A stretch of DNA of 64,000 nt from Eledone cirrhosa (Eukaryota), in NCBI GenBank assembly GCA_964016885.1, contig OZ024743.1:18352001-18416000 (forward strand). The letters are read 5' to 3'. The notes below the pieces were generated by a model. The model was not told the origin of the DNA. It worked only from the letters and a program-made list of their open reading frames with translations, and did no database searches. Made by a program: the position numbers and the translations under genes. Numbering within the stretch: the stretch's first letter is position 1; each line of letters starts with the position of its first letter. Positions 24,001 through 39,000 of the stretch are shown piece by piece.

Positions 24001-25735
24001 ATACAGGAAGCGATGTCTCACTGCACGAGGTGTAAATCGCCAGGCTTGGATGGTCTGTCCTACGAGCTTCATGCGTATATGCTAGACTTGTTCGGCGACC
24101 TCTTGGCAGATTTCTACTACAACTGGCAACAGAACGAAAGCATTCCCAGCTTTGTGAGCCGGGGCGCGGTGGCGTGCTGCAAAAAGACCCGAACAAGGAA
24201 GACGTTATAGACACCCTCAGGCCCATAACTCTGCTAAACTCAGAGTTCAAGATTTTGGCCAAGGTGTTAGCAAATAGATTGGCGCTTGTCGTCGGTGATC
24301 TGGTGGCAGGAGCGCAGACATGCGCCATTCCAGATAGATCCATCCACGACAACCTACATCCGATGTGATACATAATAGAGAGGGTGGTTAAGGAACCTGG
24401 CACGGGTAGGACCCTGATCAACTTGGATCAATCTAAAGCATTTAAAAGGGTCGACCATCGATACCTGACTACGCTCTGCGAGGCAGCCGGCTTGGGCCCG
24501 TTTCTAGCCTTCTCTTCTGCTTTTTGTGGAAGGGACGTGTTCTCATGGTCAGACGATCCATTTGCTGTCAACACCCATTGCGTGGAGGACTGGGCATTCC
24601 ATGGCTGATGATTCGCAAACATGCGCTGAGGCTGCGACATCTCTGGTGCTTCCTTGACGGTGAACAGACGTGATCGCCGTTCGCCAGGCACGTTTTCCCA
24701 TAGCTCGTCTCCTTGACGGAGCTGCAGTCCTGGGTCAGAAAAAGACCGAGGGATAGCGCTTGGAAACTGGAATGTCTCCAGACACTCACTGCCCTCTGCC
24801 AGCTGGGCACCAGTATCGGTGGAACATCCACCTCGGCGTTCTATAGAGGACTAATGGAGAGGAAGGGCGACGACGTTCTCGGAGAGATCCTAGGCGTCGA
24901 AGAAGATCAGCTGTTTGCTCTCTTCCGGAGAACTTTCATCCCAGGGCTTATGGATAACTTCCAAAAATCCCTGGCCTGGCAGTGCTACCAGGGAGCGCTG
25001 CCGGTTCGAGAGGAACTTTACAGGCACGGAAGTGCCGTCAGCCGAGCCTGTCCGAGATGCGCGCAGAGCGACGAAACCGTCGTGAACGCACTCGTTCAGT
25101 GCCCAAGCATTGCTGGCTTGTGGAGCTATGTCGAACAGTTGCTGTCGCGTGTAGGACTGATCCGTTTATCGGCTGAATCCATTGTGCAGATAGTCTCGCC
25201 GTCTTCCTTCGAGGAGGAAGAGTAGCCGGTTTTCATCTGCTTGGTGGCCATGGCGAAAGAGATTTAGTGGTGGACAAGTTTGAAAGGGTTGAAGACAGAC
25301 ACTTTCCTCTTCGGCGAATCACTGATTAACTTTTTCAAGTTTCACTTGAAGAGGAAAATCAGGGTGTAAAGGCAAGTGCTGCCTTCTGGCAAGTTTGTTG
25401 AAAGGTGGGTGAATGTAGCGAGAATGGTCCGAGTGAACGGGACCGTTCTGAATATACGTGTGTAGTTTGAGAGGTGGAAAAATTGAGAGAGAGCGCTTGC
25501 CCTGGTGGTCAGGGTGGCCGTGGTCTTTTGTGTGGTTTTCGCTACGAGTAACCCTCGGAGGTTTCTCCCCTATTGGGGAATTTTTCATTCTTTCAATTTT
25601 CATTTTTATTGTTTATATATATATATATGTGTGTTTCTATGTCTTTTTCTTTTTCTTTTTTTATATGAATGATAAAAATATTTACACGCACCGTCCTGTA
25701 CCGTCCTGTGCCGTCTGTGGCCAATAAAGAAATCA
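21017..25735 (+). mobile_element. L1/Tx1-type LINE copy C with internal deletions in EN and RT
   Basis: ORF1 knuckle CFNCGTKSHLRDFC; ORF2 from ATG 23140 (IGSVNVRSL, VVAISET) to about 25465 with CPRC..ALVQC; deletions near 23375 and 24505; TTA flanks. Confidence 0.9.
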
Positions 25736-25770
25736 TTATTATTGTTATTAGTAATATTATTATAATTATT

Positions 25771-28700
25771 GGTCTAAGCGGACGTCTTTTGCTCGCTCAC
25801 AGTAATTCGCTTTATTTGCCTGTTAAAATTATTTGCTGTTAAATATTTCTTGTTGTGTAAGGGATATAAGGCCTTAGACTTTGCCCCGTGAATGGGAAGC
25901 TATAATATTTGGGCCTTTTGGACCAAATATTTGAACTTTTTTTTACATGTTAAAAAATTTACGAAGAAAAAAAAACATGGCTGAGCCACGCCCCTAGCGA
26001 TATGTCGGCTGTCGTGCGACAACTACGTAGAAGTTGAGAGGAGCGCTACAGTGAAATTAACACACATTGATAACACAAACACCACCACAAACAAGGTAAA
26101 CAAAAACACCAATGATACCAATAAGAACACTAATTTTGAAAAGAATGACAGTAACATCCACAACGAAAATACAGATAACAAAATAAAAATAACAAATACA
26201 ACAACAATATCAACACCACTAACATGAAAACAAATAGCGACAACAACAACAGCAACAATACCAACTGCACCGAGAACAACGGTGGCAACAAAGACAACAA
26301 TGATAACAGCGACAGTGTTAACAACAACACCAACAAGAACAACGACAACAAAACCCCAACGAAAACAAGAAGAACACTTTCGCTGGAGATCCTTCTCCTG
26401 ATCAGGCCCGAGGATGTGAAGACAATCCCGGACCACATTCGCCTTCAGAATGGGACGGTCATTAACATTATGACCGAAGGCAAAAGGCCGCAGTGTTTTG
26501 TTTGTGGGAAAAAAACCCATTTGCGAAATTTCTTTCCTCAACTGCTGAAAGAGGCAAGGGGTCGAAACGCTCCACTGCTGCTGACGCCGGAGCGAGGACC
26601 ACAACCGACACCAGCACCGGCAAACCACCAACAACAACACCAATAGAAAGACCACCACCAACATTGACCACCCAGGGTGAAACGAGAAAAGCTGTCAAAA
26701 TCTCCCTCCCCCCCAAAAAAAATACACACACCAATAAAACCATAAACACACACACAGACACACTTACAGACACAGACCCCTCATCTACCAGTAGTGAAAA
26801 TGAGGGAAAACCCAAATCCCCCAAAATACAAAAAAGGAAACACAAAAAGAAAAAAAAACTCAACAAAGTACAAAAGCACCTACAATAAAAAATGCAGACA
26901 CCACCCACGCAAACATCTCTCCAATAACACCAACATCAACACCACCATCACCATCACCAGAATCACCCTAACGCAAACAACTGAAACAGACGCAAGAACA
27001 AATATACAAACAAACATCTGAAACCACAGACACCGCACTCACAACAAACACAGATACAACCGAAAAACACCACCAAAACCATCACCACCACAGTCACGCA
27101 AACAAATAAAATCACACCAACAAAACATACAAAACTTTGTGCTCGTCAGGAGAGCCAACAAGGAACTGATGGCCACCGTAGTACGAAGTGAAAATATACA
27201 AAAAGAGGGTGACATTTTTAAATCGAGCACATTTCGCGTGCAGGAAGATCTGGTTCTGGTGCGAATGTCGCTCGACATATTCAAAGAAATACGAGACAGC
27301 TTTCCTCGGGACGTGGGAACCCCGGACGTAAAACCCACTTCAAGACTTTTAAAGAGGTTCCCAAAAGAAACCCCACTAACTATGGAGGTCGAAAAATCCG
27401 ACCTTCACAAGAGCCCGGAAGGTAAGTAAACCTTTCTCTCTCTCTCTGTTTAACCTGCCAACATGGCCGTATTAAGAGTAGGATGTTTAAATGTTCGAGG
27501 CATGGGATCGTCCTGGAAGCAGGGTAACCTGCTCAACGACCTCAGGTCTATAGAAATGGATGTAATTGCAGTCAGCGCACTAGCCCCCATTTTCGAAGAC
27601 GATCAGATCTTTGCATCTGTTAGCCGGCCGGGTATGGGAGGCGGGGTGGTAGTGCTGTTTAGGAAAGGCCTGGATCTCGAGTTAAAGTCGATCTTCCGGG
27701 ACCCGGACGTAAGTTGGTGGTCCTGGACGTGAACAATAATGAAGGTGGTGCCTTTAGACTGGTGGCCGTCTATGCTCCTACTGGGGCAGGACGGCCGGAC
27801 TTCTTTAGACGCCTGGAGGCTTTCTGAGTACGTTCGCCCTTTACTGTTAGTAGGGGACTAGAACGGCATCTTAGACCCACGCTGGGACTGTGTGGGTGTA
27901 TCCGATAGGAGCGTGGGGTGCAAAAGCCTCAAGAACCTGATCAGCCAGTTCCAGCTGTCTGACAGGTACCGACTAGATTTCCCTAATGCGCCAGTGTGGA
28001 CCTGGGCTAACCGCGTAGTGTCATCTAGATCGTATATAGACAGGATATTCATTAGGAAAATAAACAGAAATAGTGTAAGCAGTCCACGTTTTGAAACGGT
28101 AGCCTATTCAGATCACAAGTTTGTGATCTGTATGGTCGACCTAGATAAGACGCGTAGGTTAGGACCTGGTTACTGGAAGCTAAACATGTCATTTCCGGCA
28201 CGTAAGGCTTACAGAGACCAGGTCAACAATTTAGTTAAGAAAAAGTTGACAGGGGGAATCGTCAACAATAGATGGTGGGGGGCTCTCAAAAGAGAGATTA
28301 GAGTAATGTCGATAGAGTTTAGCAAAGAAGTAGCATTAGACAAAAATAGAAAGGTGGGGGAGTTGGTAGATGAGTTAGACGAGGCTATTGGTAGTGGCAT
28401 TGCAACTGATGTGCTAGCGGCGAGAATGGCATTAGACTATTTCTTCAATGCGAAACACGAAGGTTGCATTGTCTGAGCTAAGGCGCGTGCTCTGAGAAAC
28501 GAGGGATCCAAAGCTGTTCGATGAGCCCGCGTGGCAGAGGCGCAGCGTGGTAATAAAACAACGATTCGGTCTTTGACGGACCGAGACGGGCACGAGCTGA
28601 GCGATTCCAAGAGGATGTGTGAGGCCTTTCGACAACATGTTGCTAGGTTGTTCGGGGGAAGTGGCGGGTCAGAGATGGTGGAGGACTTCAGTCCCTACCT

Positions 28701-31130
28701 GGATGGCTTGCCGCAACTCTCGATGGCTGACGCTGGGCGCTGAGAAAGGCCAACTACTTCAGCCGAGATTCAGGATGCCCTTGTCGGCTGCATGAGGCGC
28801 AAGTCACCCGGTTTGGATGGTCTGCCCTACGAGCTTTACGTAAATAGGACAGACTTCTTCTCCAATCTCATCGAAGGCCTCTACTGCAACCGGCAGCAAA
28901 ACGGGAGTATTCCCAGTTCTGTGAGCCGGGGCGTAGTGACGCTGACAAGGAAAGACGAGAACAAGAGGGACACATTAGACAATGTCAGGCCCATAACTCT
29001 GCTGAACACAGAGTTTAAGATTTTGGCCAGGGTGTTAGTGAAGAGGTTGGCGCTTGTCGTCGGGGATTTGGTTGGGGAGGCGCAAACTTGCGCAATCCCA
29101 AACAGGTCCATACACGACAACCTCCACCTAATGCGATACATCATAGAGAGGGTAGGGTGTAAACCTGGCTTCGGTGGGGCTCTGATCAATTTAGATCAAT
29201 AGAAAGCTTTCGATAGGGTCGATCATCAGTACCTGGAGGCTCTCCTCAAGGCGGCTGGCTTCGGCCCCGTCTTCGGAAGCTGGATCGCGGCAATGCACAG
29301 CGGCACCTGCTCAATGGTCAAAATGAATGGCCACCTCTCGGAACCGTTTCAGGTCTCCCGATCGGTCCGCCAAGGGTGCCCTCTCTCCTCCCTTCTCTAT
29401 GTATTGACTCTCGAGCCTTTACTGCGGAAGCTGGAGCAGTTGCAGGGCATCCCACTCGAACCGGGCGCGGAAAGGCTGTGTCGGCTTATGCGGACGACAT
29501 CACCGTGATGGTGTCGGACACCTCAGAAATCGAGGTAGTCGGCACCTTATTGAAGGAATATGAAAGTTTGATAGGATCAAAACTTAACACGGAAAAGTCG
29601 GTGGGCTTGCAGCTCGGAACCTGGAGAGGCAAGCCTAGGCCGTCCAACAGCGTCGTTAGGCGCTGGACGGATGGACCGGTAAAGTATCTAGGGGTTTGGT
29701 TCGGGCCAGACCTCCAGGTGGTTAAGAATTGGGACGATGTGACGAGCAGGGTAGTCAGTCTCATCCAGAAATGGGCTGGGATGAAGCTATCACTGAAAGG
29801 TCGGGCGGAGGTGGCGAACGCGTACATTGCGTACGTCATCTACTACCGTCTGACTGTCGTCCCTTTCCCCCGTTCGCGCCTCGCCATCTTGGAGCGGCTC
29901 CTCTCCAATTCTTGTGGAGGGGTCAGGTTCCGCTGGTGAGGCAGTCCATCTGCTGCCAGCACCCTCTACGTGGAGGGCTGGGCATGCCGTGACTAATGAT
30001 GCACAGACACGCGCTGAGGCTGCGGCATCTCCTGATATCCTGCCTAAACGGTGAACAGGTGTGTCGCCGTTTGTCAGACGGGCCTTTCCGCAGCTCGTTT
30101 CTTTGACTGAGTTGCAGTCCTGGGTCAAGAAGAGACCGAAACTGGGTGACTGGCATCTGGAATGTTGCCAGGCACTCACTGCCCTCTACCACGCGGGCAA
30201 TGCGGTCAGTGGAACTTCCACTCACGAGTTCTATAGAGGATTATTGGGGCACATGTGCGACGACGCACTTGGAGAGGCTCTGGGAGTCAACGGAGTCGAG
30301 CTAACCAGTCTGTACCGGAGGACCTTCGAGCCGGGGACGATGGATAATTTCCAAAAATCCCTCGCTTGGCAATGCTACCTGGGGGGCACTGCCGGTTCGA
30401 GATAAACTCTACAGGCACGGAAATGCTGTCAGACGACCTGCCCGAGATGCGCGCAGTACGACGAAACCGTTCTGCACGCACTCGTCCAGTGTCCGTGCAT
30501 TACTGACTTGTGGAGTTATGTTGAACAGCTGTTGTCGCGCGTAGAAAGGAACCGACTATCGCCCGAGTCCATAGTGAAGGTCGACCCGCCGCCTTCTTTT
30601 GGCCAGGAAGGGCAGACAATTTTCCCCTGTCTGGTAAATTAGCGAAAGAGGTTGTATGGTGGACGAGGTTGAAAGGACTGAAGACAGACACTTTTCTCTT
30701 CGGCCAATCCCTCATCAACTTGTTCAAGTTCCACTTGGAAAGGAAGGTGAGGGTGGAGAGAGAAGTGCTGCCCCCCCCCCCCCCCCCAGTACATTTGCTG
30801 AAAGGTGGGTGAATGTGGCGAGAATGGCCCGTGTGAGTGGGCTTACTCTAGTCATGCGGATGTAGGTAGGTAAATTTGAACAGGAGAGGGGTGCCCTTCC
30901 AGGGTGCTCTCGAAGCGTCGTGTCGTTCAGGACTGGTGGGGTACCTGAGCGAACCCTAGGTGGTCATCCCTCCTATTGGGGAATTTTATCTTGTTGTAAT
31001 TTTATTGTTACTTTATTGTTATTTTGTTATTGTTATTCATATTGTTTACTCGATTTTTCTGTAAAACCCCACTGCCCCAGACTTTTGTATTGTCCCCTAT
31101 ATCTCGGCCTTTGTGGCCAATAAATGAAAT
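25771..31130 (+). mobile_element. L1/Tx1-type LINE copy D (divergent subfamily; ORF1 partly deleted)
   Basis: Knuckle CFVCGKKTHLRN; ORF2 27463-30865 with GPGYWKLN, KSPGLDGLPYE, VRQGCPLS, AYADDIT; stops and frameshifts; AATAAA then TTA tract. Confidence 0.92.
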
Positions 31131-31158
31131 CATTATTATTATTGTTATTGTTATTATT

Positions 31159-34100
31159 TGCGACCTACTTAGTAAATCGTATCATCGTGAGCTCCGCAAA
31201 TATTTGTTATTTTCAGTTGTTTAAAATTGCCATTTATGGTCATTTGTTATTGTTAACTGTATATAAGTGCACATACATTGATTTCTGAAAAGGACACTCA
31301 AACATATTGGGGCATTGAGCCCAAAATTTAAACTTTTTATAATTATCAAACAAAAATCTTTTCTTTGAAAATCATGGATGACTCAGATTCACTCCTTCCT
31401 CACAATCCAACATCTCACACCGACACCACCATTGTAAACACTGCTACGTTTGCCAACACTGGAATTGTAAGCAGTAGCAATATTATAAATTTGTCTCAGG
31501 CAGATGTTCATTTCCCGCCATTAACAATGACTGCAGGGGTTAAAGCCGCCACCAACACTACCACCACCGCGACAACCCCCCCCCCCCCACCCACCCCACC
31601 ACCGCGACAACAGAAATAAATGAAAAAAATAAATTAACTCATGATATCGAAATGAATTCAACCAAATGAACTATTCCCCACCGAATACCACTGACGCCAC
31701 CACCACAACTGAAACTAAAATTAACAATAGCAAAAATAACGATAATAACAACAGCAACAATGAAATTAAGAAAACTACCCTGAGTTTTGCCAGAGTAGCA
31801 AACATGTGCGAAGCGATCCAGGTAACTCAGGAAGATTAGACGAAGCCAAAGGAATGGTAAAGAAAGATGGGTACAGGGTCAGCCCCCCCCCCCCTCACAA
31901 AAATAAAATGTAGCAACGTCGCCTATGCACCGTGTCTTATCGGACAATTAAAATAAATTGCGCCGAGGGGAACGGGCATCCGAGTCCCAAATCCAAAAAG
32001 CTTTGGGACATGTGTGGGCAAAAAAACCCACATCAGACGTGGGCAGAAGTATGGAACCGTGGACGTGTTCTTTGAAACACCACAGGAGGCCAGAGAACAC
32101 TCCATGGCCCCATTAAGAAGTGACAACTTCACACCCATCCCAAGCTATTGTGGCCAGAGACGTGTGAAGATCAGGGTGACCCACGTTCCACCGGCCATCG
32201 AAATTCCCTGGCAAATGGCTGCCGTCCTCGCCAGCATCGAGGCCAACACCAAAATAATAGAAATAGCAAAAGAAAAGCAGGCGAACTGGTCCGGATGGGA
32301 TGGAGCTCCTGATCCAAGCGGACCATAAAAGCATTGAGGAGATCCCAGAGGTAATAGACGTCACTGACGGCAGCCACCTCACCGTAATCGTCGAGGGCAG
32401 AAGACCTAGGTGTGTCCTTTGTGGTGAAGGAACCCACCTAAGGGCTTTCTGCCCACAGGCTAAATGGTTGAGGCTACCTCTCTTACTCACCCCAGTGACT
32501 CAACAATCAAGACCACCAGCAGCAGAAATAGCAGCAACAACAGAAGCAACTGTAACAGCAACAAACCCCAGCAACAATAGCAAAAGCAACACCACTACCA
32601 CCCAACGCTCCAGAACTAGCACCAGCGCCTACACAATCCACTACGCCACAACCAAAACCAACGCCTGCGGAGGATTTTTCACTCCCCGGCTTATCGCAAC
32701 TGGAGACAGATTGTGACAACGAGTATCAGGAAAAAAGAAAAAAAAGAAACCAAAAAAGAAAAAATTCTCTTCCTTCCCCCTCCAAAAACAAAATACAGAG
32801 GGAAACAAATAAATTATCGAACAAGAAAGTTAAGACAGGTATGCCACCATCCACACCAGCATCACCAACCCCATCACCACAAACACCAACAGTTCACCAT
32901 CATTAACCCCAACACCACCATCACCAACACCACAAACGTCACCAAAAAGCGTAACAGAAACAAACCCACAACAAACGCAAACAAAACAAAACAACCAAAA
33001 CGATACACACTACACAGCATTAAATTTGAACAACAACCAATTATTACACTACATGCAACACAACACCAGCATCACATAAAAGACTACACAACAACCCCAA
33101 AGTGAACACCACCTCCACACATACAAATCACTCGCATCACACAGAAAACGTGCACACACTAAAACAAAAATTCCCTAAAGACATCGGAGACTCCGACAAA
33201 CACTCTCCAGGAGGATTTATAAGGACATCCTTCTGGAGGAGGCCACAAGCAGTGAAAAGGATGGACAAACCCTCCTTCCTCTACGAGAAGTAAGGTAAGT
33301 GGTCTTTCCCATCTTTTTCACTCCATTTCAACATGACCTCACTCAGAATAGGCAGCATAAATGCGCGTGGCTTGGGGTCGTCATGGAAGCAGGGCCACCT
33401 GCTCAACGACCTCAGGTCACTAAACATAGATGTAGTGACCGTCAGCGGTCCAGAATCTCCGAAGCACGGGGCTTCGCACCGATCTTCGGCGGCTACGATG
33501 TGGAAGGAATCTCCTAGCCGTCCGGGATCGTGGGGAAGGAGTTGCTTTGCTTTTTCGGAGAGGTTTGGATTTCGCCATACGGGCCATCTTCCTGGACCCA
33601 GAAGGTAAGTTGGTGGTTCTGGACGTGACCAGCGGAGACGGGCAAGCTTTAAGGCTAGTAGCCGTCTATGCCCCGACAGGAGCAGGGCGGCCTGATTTCT
33701 TCCGGCGTCTGGATACCTTTCTTGGAACGTCCCGCTCTTTAGTGTTAGTGGCAACTGGAACGGGATCTTAGATGCACGCTGGGACTGTGTGTGATTAGCG
33801 GATAGGGAGGTGGGTGCAAGAGCCACACCAACCTGCTCAGGCGTTTTGAACTGTCTGACAGGTACCGATTGGATTTCCCGAATGTGCCAATGTGGACTTG
33901 GACAAATCACATAGGGTCATCCAGATCATATCTAGATAGAGTATTTTGTAGAGAAATAGATAGGTCTAGCATAGGCTGTCCACAATTCAAGATAGTCAGC
34001 TACACGGACCACAAATTCGTGATCTGTGTGTTTGACTTAGATAGGCTTCATAGACGAGGACCCGGCTACTGGAAGCTAAACGCGTCTTTACCAGCGCGCA

Positions 34101-36962
34101 AGACCTACAGAGACCGGATTAGCGAACTAGTTAAGCTGGCGTTGACGGGGGCCATCGTCAACAACAAGTGGTGGTTTGCTCTGAAAAGAGCAATTAGAAC
34201 AGAGTCCATTAGGTTTAGTAAGGCTTTAGCAATAGAGAAAAATAGACCGCGACCGACGAGAAAAATAGCATCGCGACCGACGTACTTGCGGCGAAATTGG
34301 CCCTTGACCAAGAACGAAAGCCGCGTTGTCAGAGCTAGAGTGCGTGCTCTGAGACACAAGAGGGAACGAAAGCCGACAGTGGGCCCGAGTGGTGGAGGCT
34401 CGTCGTGGCAAGAAAGCCACGATCCGGTCTTTGGTGGAGCACGACGGGCGCATGCTACTCGATCCCGGGCCAATGTGTGAAGCTTTTCAGCGACAATTCA
34501 CTCAGTTGTTCGGGGGCAGCGGCGGGCCGGATCGAGGGATGGACTTTAGTGTCTACCTCGACAGACTACCGCGGCTCTCGGCCACTGAGGCGGAGGGTTG
34601 CGAAAAGCCAATAAGAGCCGCTGAAGTACGGGAGGCAATGACTAGCTACACAAGCGGTTAATCGCCTGGTTTGGATGGTCTGCCCTATGAACTTTACTTA
34701 CAGATGCCAGACTTGTTCGGAGGCCTCTTGGCGGACGTCTACTGCAACCGGCAACAGAACGGGAGAATTCCCAGCTCTGTGAGCCGAGGAGCTGTGGCGC
34801 TGCTGAGAATGGATCCGAACAAGGGGGATAACATAGATAATTTTAGGCCCCTAACTCTGCTAAACACAGAGTTCAAGATTTTGGTCAAAGTGTAGCAAAG
34901 AGGTTGGCGCTTGTCGTTGGCGGTCTGGTGGGAGAAGCGCAGACATGCGCCATTCCCGACAGAACCATCCACGACAACCTCCACCTCATGCGATACATCG
35001 TAGAGAGGGTAACTAGGGAACCTGGCATGGGTGGGTCGTTGATCAATTTAGATCAGTCGAAAGCTTTCGATAGTGTCGACCATCGTTACCTAGCGGCAGT
35101 CCTGAGGGCGGCTGTCTTTGAGCTCGTCTTGAGAGCCTGGATCGCTGCCATGCACAGCGACATCTGCTCTGTGGTGAGAGTGAACGGTCACCATTCGGAA
35201 CCGTTCAACATCATGCGCTCGGTCCGCCAAGGATGTCCCATCTCGTCCCTCTTGTACGTATTGACTCTCGAGACTTTACTGCACAAACTGGAGACGTTGA
35301 GGGTGGTCCCGCGCGAACTAGGATGCGGAAGATCTGTGTCAGCATATGCGGACGATGTCACCGTAGTTGTGTCGAACGCCAATCACATCGAGGCGATCGG
35401 CACTACACTAAAATAATACGAAGAGGTGACAGGAGCAATGATCAACCAGGAAAAGTCAGTGGGCCTGCAGCTCAGCACCTGGAGAGACAGGTCCATGCCG
35501 TCCAACAGCGTCGTCGGTCGCTGGACAGACGCACCAGTTAAATTGCTCGGGGTCTGGTTCGGTCCGGATCTCCAGACGGACAGAAACTGGGACGAGGTGA
35601 CGAGCAGGGTGGCTTCTCTCACCCAGAAATGGGCCGAGAGGAAGCTATCCCTGAAAGGTCGAGCGGAGGTGGCTAACGCGTATATCGCGTCCATCATCTA
35701 CTACCGCCTGACCGTCGTACCTTGTCCTAAGCCCCGCTTCACTGCGCTGGAGCGTTTGCTCTTTCGCTTTTTGTGACAGGGACGCGCTCCGATGGTCAGG
35801 CGGTCCATCTGCTGTCAACACCCTCTACGTGGAGGGCTGGGAATGCCGTGGCTGATGATGCGCAGACACGCGCTCAGGCTATGACATCTTCACCTGTTCC
35901 TCGACGGTGATCAGGTGTGCTCTCCGTTTGCTAGACGCGTCTTTCCCCAGCTCGTCTCCTTGATGGAGCTGCAGTCCTGGGTCAAGCGAACACCGAGAGG
36001 GAGCGCTTCGAGACTGGAATGTCTTCAGGCGCTCACATCCCTCGACCAATCGTGCAATGTGATCTGTGGAAACTGCACCTTGGCGTTCTATAGATGATTA
36101 GTGGAGGGGAAGAGCGACAACGTACTTGGGGAAACTCTAGGCGTCGACGAAAATCAACTAGCCAATCTCTTCGGAAGAATTTCGGGCCGGTGCCTATGGA
36201 CAATTTCCAGAAATCCCTGGCCTGGCAGTGCTGCCGAGGAGCTTTGCCAGTTCGGGATAAACTCTACAGGCATGGAGATGCCGTCAGCCGGGCATGTCCG
36301 AGATGTGCGCAGGGCCACGTAACCGTCCTGCACGCACTCGTCCAGTGTCCAAGCATTGCAGACTTGTGGATTTATGTCGAACACCTGCTGTCGCGTGTGG
36401 GACGGATCAAGCTATCAGCTGAGTCCATCGTGAGGATTGCCCTGCCCTCTTCCTTTAGCCGGGAAGGGCAGGCAGTTTTTTATCTGTCTGGTGGCCATGG
36501 TGAAAGAGATAGCATGGTGGACAGGTTTGAAAGTGCTGAAGACGAGCACTTACCTCTTCGGTGATGCCCTGATTAACTTTTTCAAATTTCATTTGAAAAG
36601 GAAAGTCAGGGTAGAAAGGGAAGTGCACTCTTCCCAGCATTTTGTTGAAAGATGGGTGAGAGAGGCAAGAATGGCCCGAGTGAATGGGCCTACTCTGAGT
36701 ATGTGTCTGTAAATTAAAGATAGAACACTGGGAGAGGGCACTTGCCCTGGTGGTCAGAGTCACTGTGGCTTTTTAATGGGCTTTCTCCACGAATGTCCTA
36801 CGGAAGTCTCCCTCCTTTTGTGGAATGTTTTCATTGTCCTATTATTACATCCTCTGTTTCTTGTCTTTTTTACACGCAGAAATTCCCAATTGTACCGCCC
36901 TGTATTGTCCTGTACTGTCCTTAATGTCTACTTTATATAAACCCTTGTGGTTAATAAAAAAA
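31159..36962 (+). mobile_element. L1/Tx1-type LINE copy E, full length, decayed
   Basis: 5' UTR, ORF1 31374-33293 (CVLCGEGTHLRAFC), ORF2 33333-36712, AATAAA 36953-36958, TTA tracts on both sides. Confidence 0.93.
33333..36712 (+). pseudogene. ORF2 of copy E (APE-RT-zinc finger)
   Basis: SINARG, VYAP, SYLDR, YTDHK, GPGYWKLN, NLDQSKAFD, VRQGCPIS, AYADDVT, CPRC..HALVQC; frameshifted. Confidence 0.92.
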
Positions 36963-37000
36963 TCATTATTATTATAATTATTATTATTATTATTATCATT

Positions 37001-38883
37001 ACAGTTGCATTTATCTTATTATTATTATTACAGTTGAATTTATCTTGCTTTATGTTCATACGCGTTATCACCAAGTCACAACCAGTGACCTCAAGAGACA
37101 ACAAGGTCCGCCATGTTAAAGAAAGAACATACATACTCACACATGCATCTTTAGTGTTTAGACTTGTGATGTACTTATATTGACAGAATCTTCCTTAGTA
37201 TATGGGCAGTTCCCATTAGTACTATCTTTTGTATTTCTCCTATACGCGGGTTTCCTGGGATTTGCGATAAGTAATCATTAGACCCCTTATGTATCATTCC
37301 CAGAGCGCCTACAACCACTGGTATTGTTTTATTTCTCAATTTCCACATTTTTCCAATTTCTCTCTCCAGGACCTTATACTTGCTCAATTTTTCAAATGTT
37401 TTTATAGATACATTCTTGTCTATTGGAACAGACATATCAATTAGCAGGCATACCCTCTTTTTAAAGTCCTTCAATATTATATCAGGTCTATTTGCATCTA
37501 GTTTTCGGTCTGTTTGGGTGCTAAAGTTCCACAAGATTGAGATGTGATCTTTTTCAAGTATGGGATGTGGTTGATGCTCCCACCAATTCTTTTGAATGGG
37601 GCAGGTCAAAATGCTTACACATTATCCAATGTATGTATTGTGCAGCTCTGTCATGCCTGTTTAGGTATTCGGTTGGAGCTATAGGACTGCACATTGAAAT
37701 TATATGGTCAATGGTCTCTGGTTGTTTTTTGCATACACGGCATAATGGGCTGCATCCATTTTTTATTATGTTGGCTTGGTAATTTTTTGTTGGCAGACAC
37801 TGATCTTGTGCTGATATAATCAGTCCTTCAGTCTCCGATTTCAGTCCAGAGGATGCCAACCAGTGATGGGTTAAAGTTTTGTCAACATCAGGATTGTTAG
37901 CTCGCTCTGGGTATTTTCCATACAGAGGCCTTTCTTGACATTTCTTAGCCAGTTTCTGTAGCAGTTCTTTCTTTGCAGTTACTTTTACCTGCTTTGCTTT
38001 TTCTGTGTTTTCCATTTCATCAGTAAATGGGAATTCTGAAATTTGTAGTCCATTACTGTATCTTTGTGCATCTTTTGTAATGGAATATGATCTTTTGATG
38101 CTTTCGTGTTTCAAAACGAGTTTGATCATCCAATCATCTGATTCCCTTAGATATGTAGATAATCCAATTGTTGCAGTGTTCAACGCAATGTCTAACTGGA
38201 TTAACCCACGTCCTCCTTCTTTCCTAGGGAGATTTATTCTATCTATATCTGCCTTCGGGTGATGCATTCTGTGCATGGTTAAGAATTTTCGAATTTTTGT
38301 ATCGAGCCTACGGATCTCTGTGCTTGACCAGTTGATGACATTGTAACTGTAGGTTACTACTGGTATGGCAAGCGTGTTTATGGCATCGATCCTATTCCTT
38401 GTATTCAATTCCGTTCTTAAGATTGCTCCTACTCTGCGATAACATTCCTTCCTTATCCTTTTTCCTCATTGTCGAGTGCTTGATTCCGTCTCCTTCACAA
38501 ACACCTAGATATTTGTAAGTTTTTTCTTGATCAAGTTCTCTTATCACGTTCCCCCGATCAAGATTAATGTCTGAACACTTCAGCAGCTTTCCTCTGGTGA
38601 ACGTTTCTTTGGCGCATTTATCTAGTCCAAACTCCATTTTAATGTCATCACTGAACTGCTCCACAGTGGATAATAGCCCTTGCAATTCTTCATCATTTTT
38701 TGCAAATAGTTTCAGGTCATCCATGTAGAACAGGTGATTAATGGTTTTGTCATAGACTTTATATCCATGTTTTGTTTCATTGAGCATTTTACTTAATGGT
38801 ATAAGTGAGATGCAGAATAAAAGCGGTGATACAGAGTCACCCTGAAAAATTCCACATTTAATATTAACTTCTCCAGCTTCCAG
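37001..38883 (-). mobile_element. R4/Dong-type RLE non-LTR retrotransposon, family 1, 5'-truncated
   Basis: RT GIFQGDSVSPLLFC and HLFYMDDLKLFA; CRVCKKQPETIDHIISMC..RHD; RPDIIL..LIDMSVP..EKLSKY; two frameshifts; 3' end in a TAA tract. Confidence 0.92.
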
Positions 38884-39000
38884 TTATTTTGTTTCACTAT
38901 TCAAACGGAGTGTCGTTTCCATGTCTTCATACTGAATGACAAAAACCTCCTGACAACGGGGGATATTTTGAAAATCTCTAAACATTTTTATTATTATTAA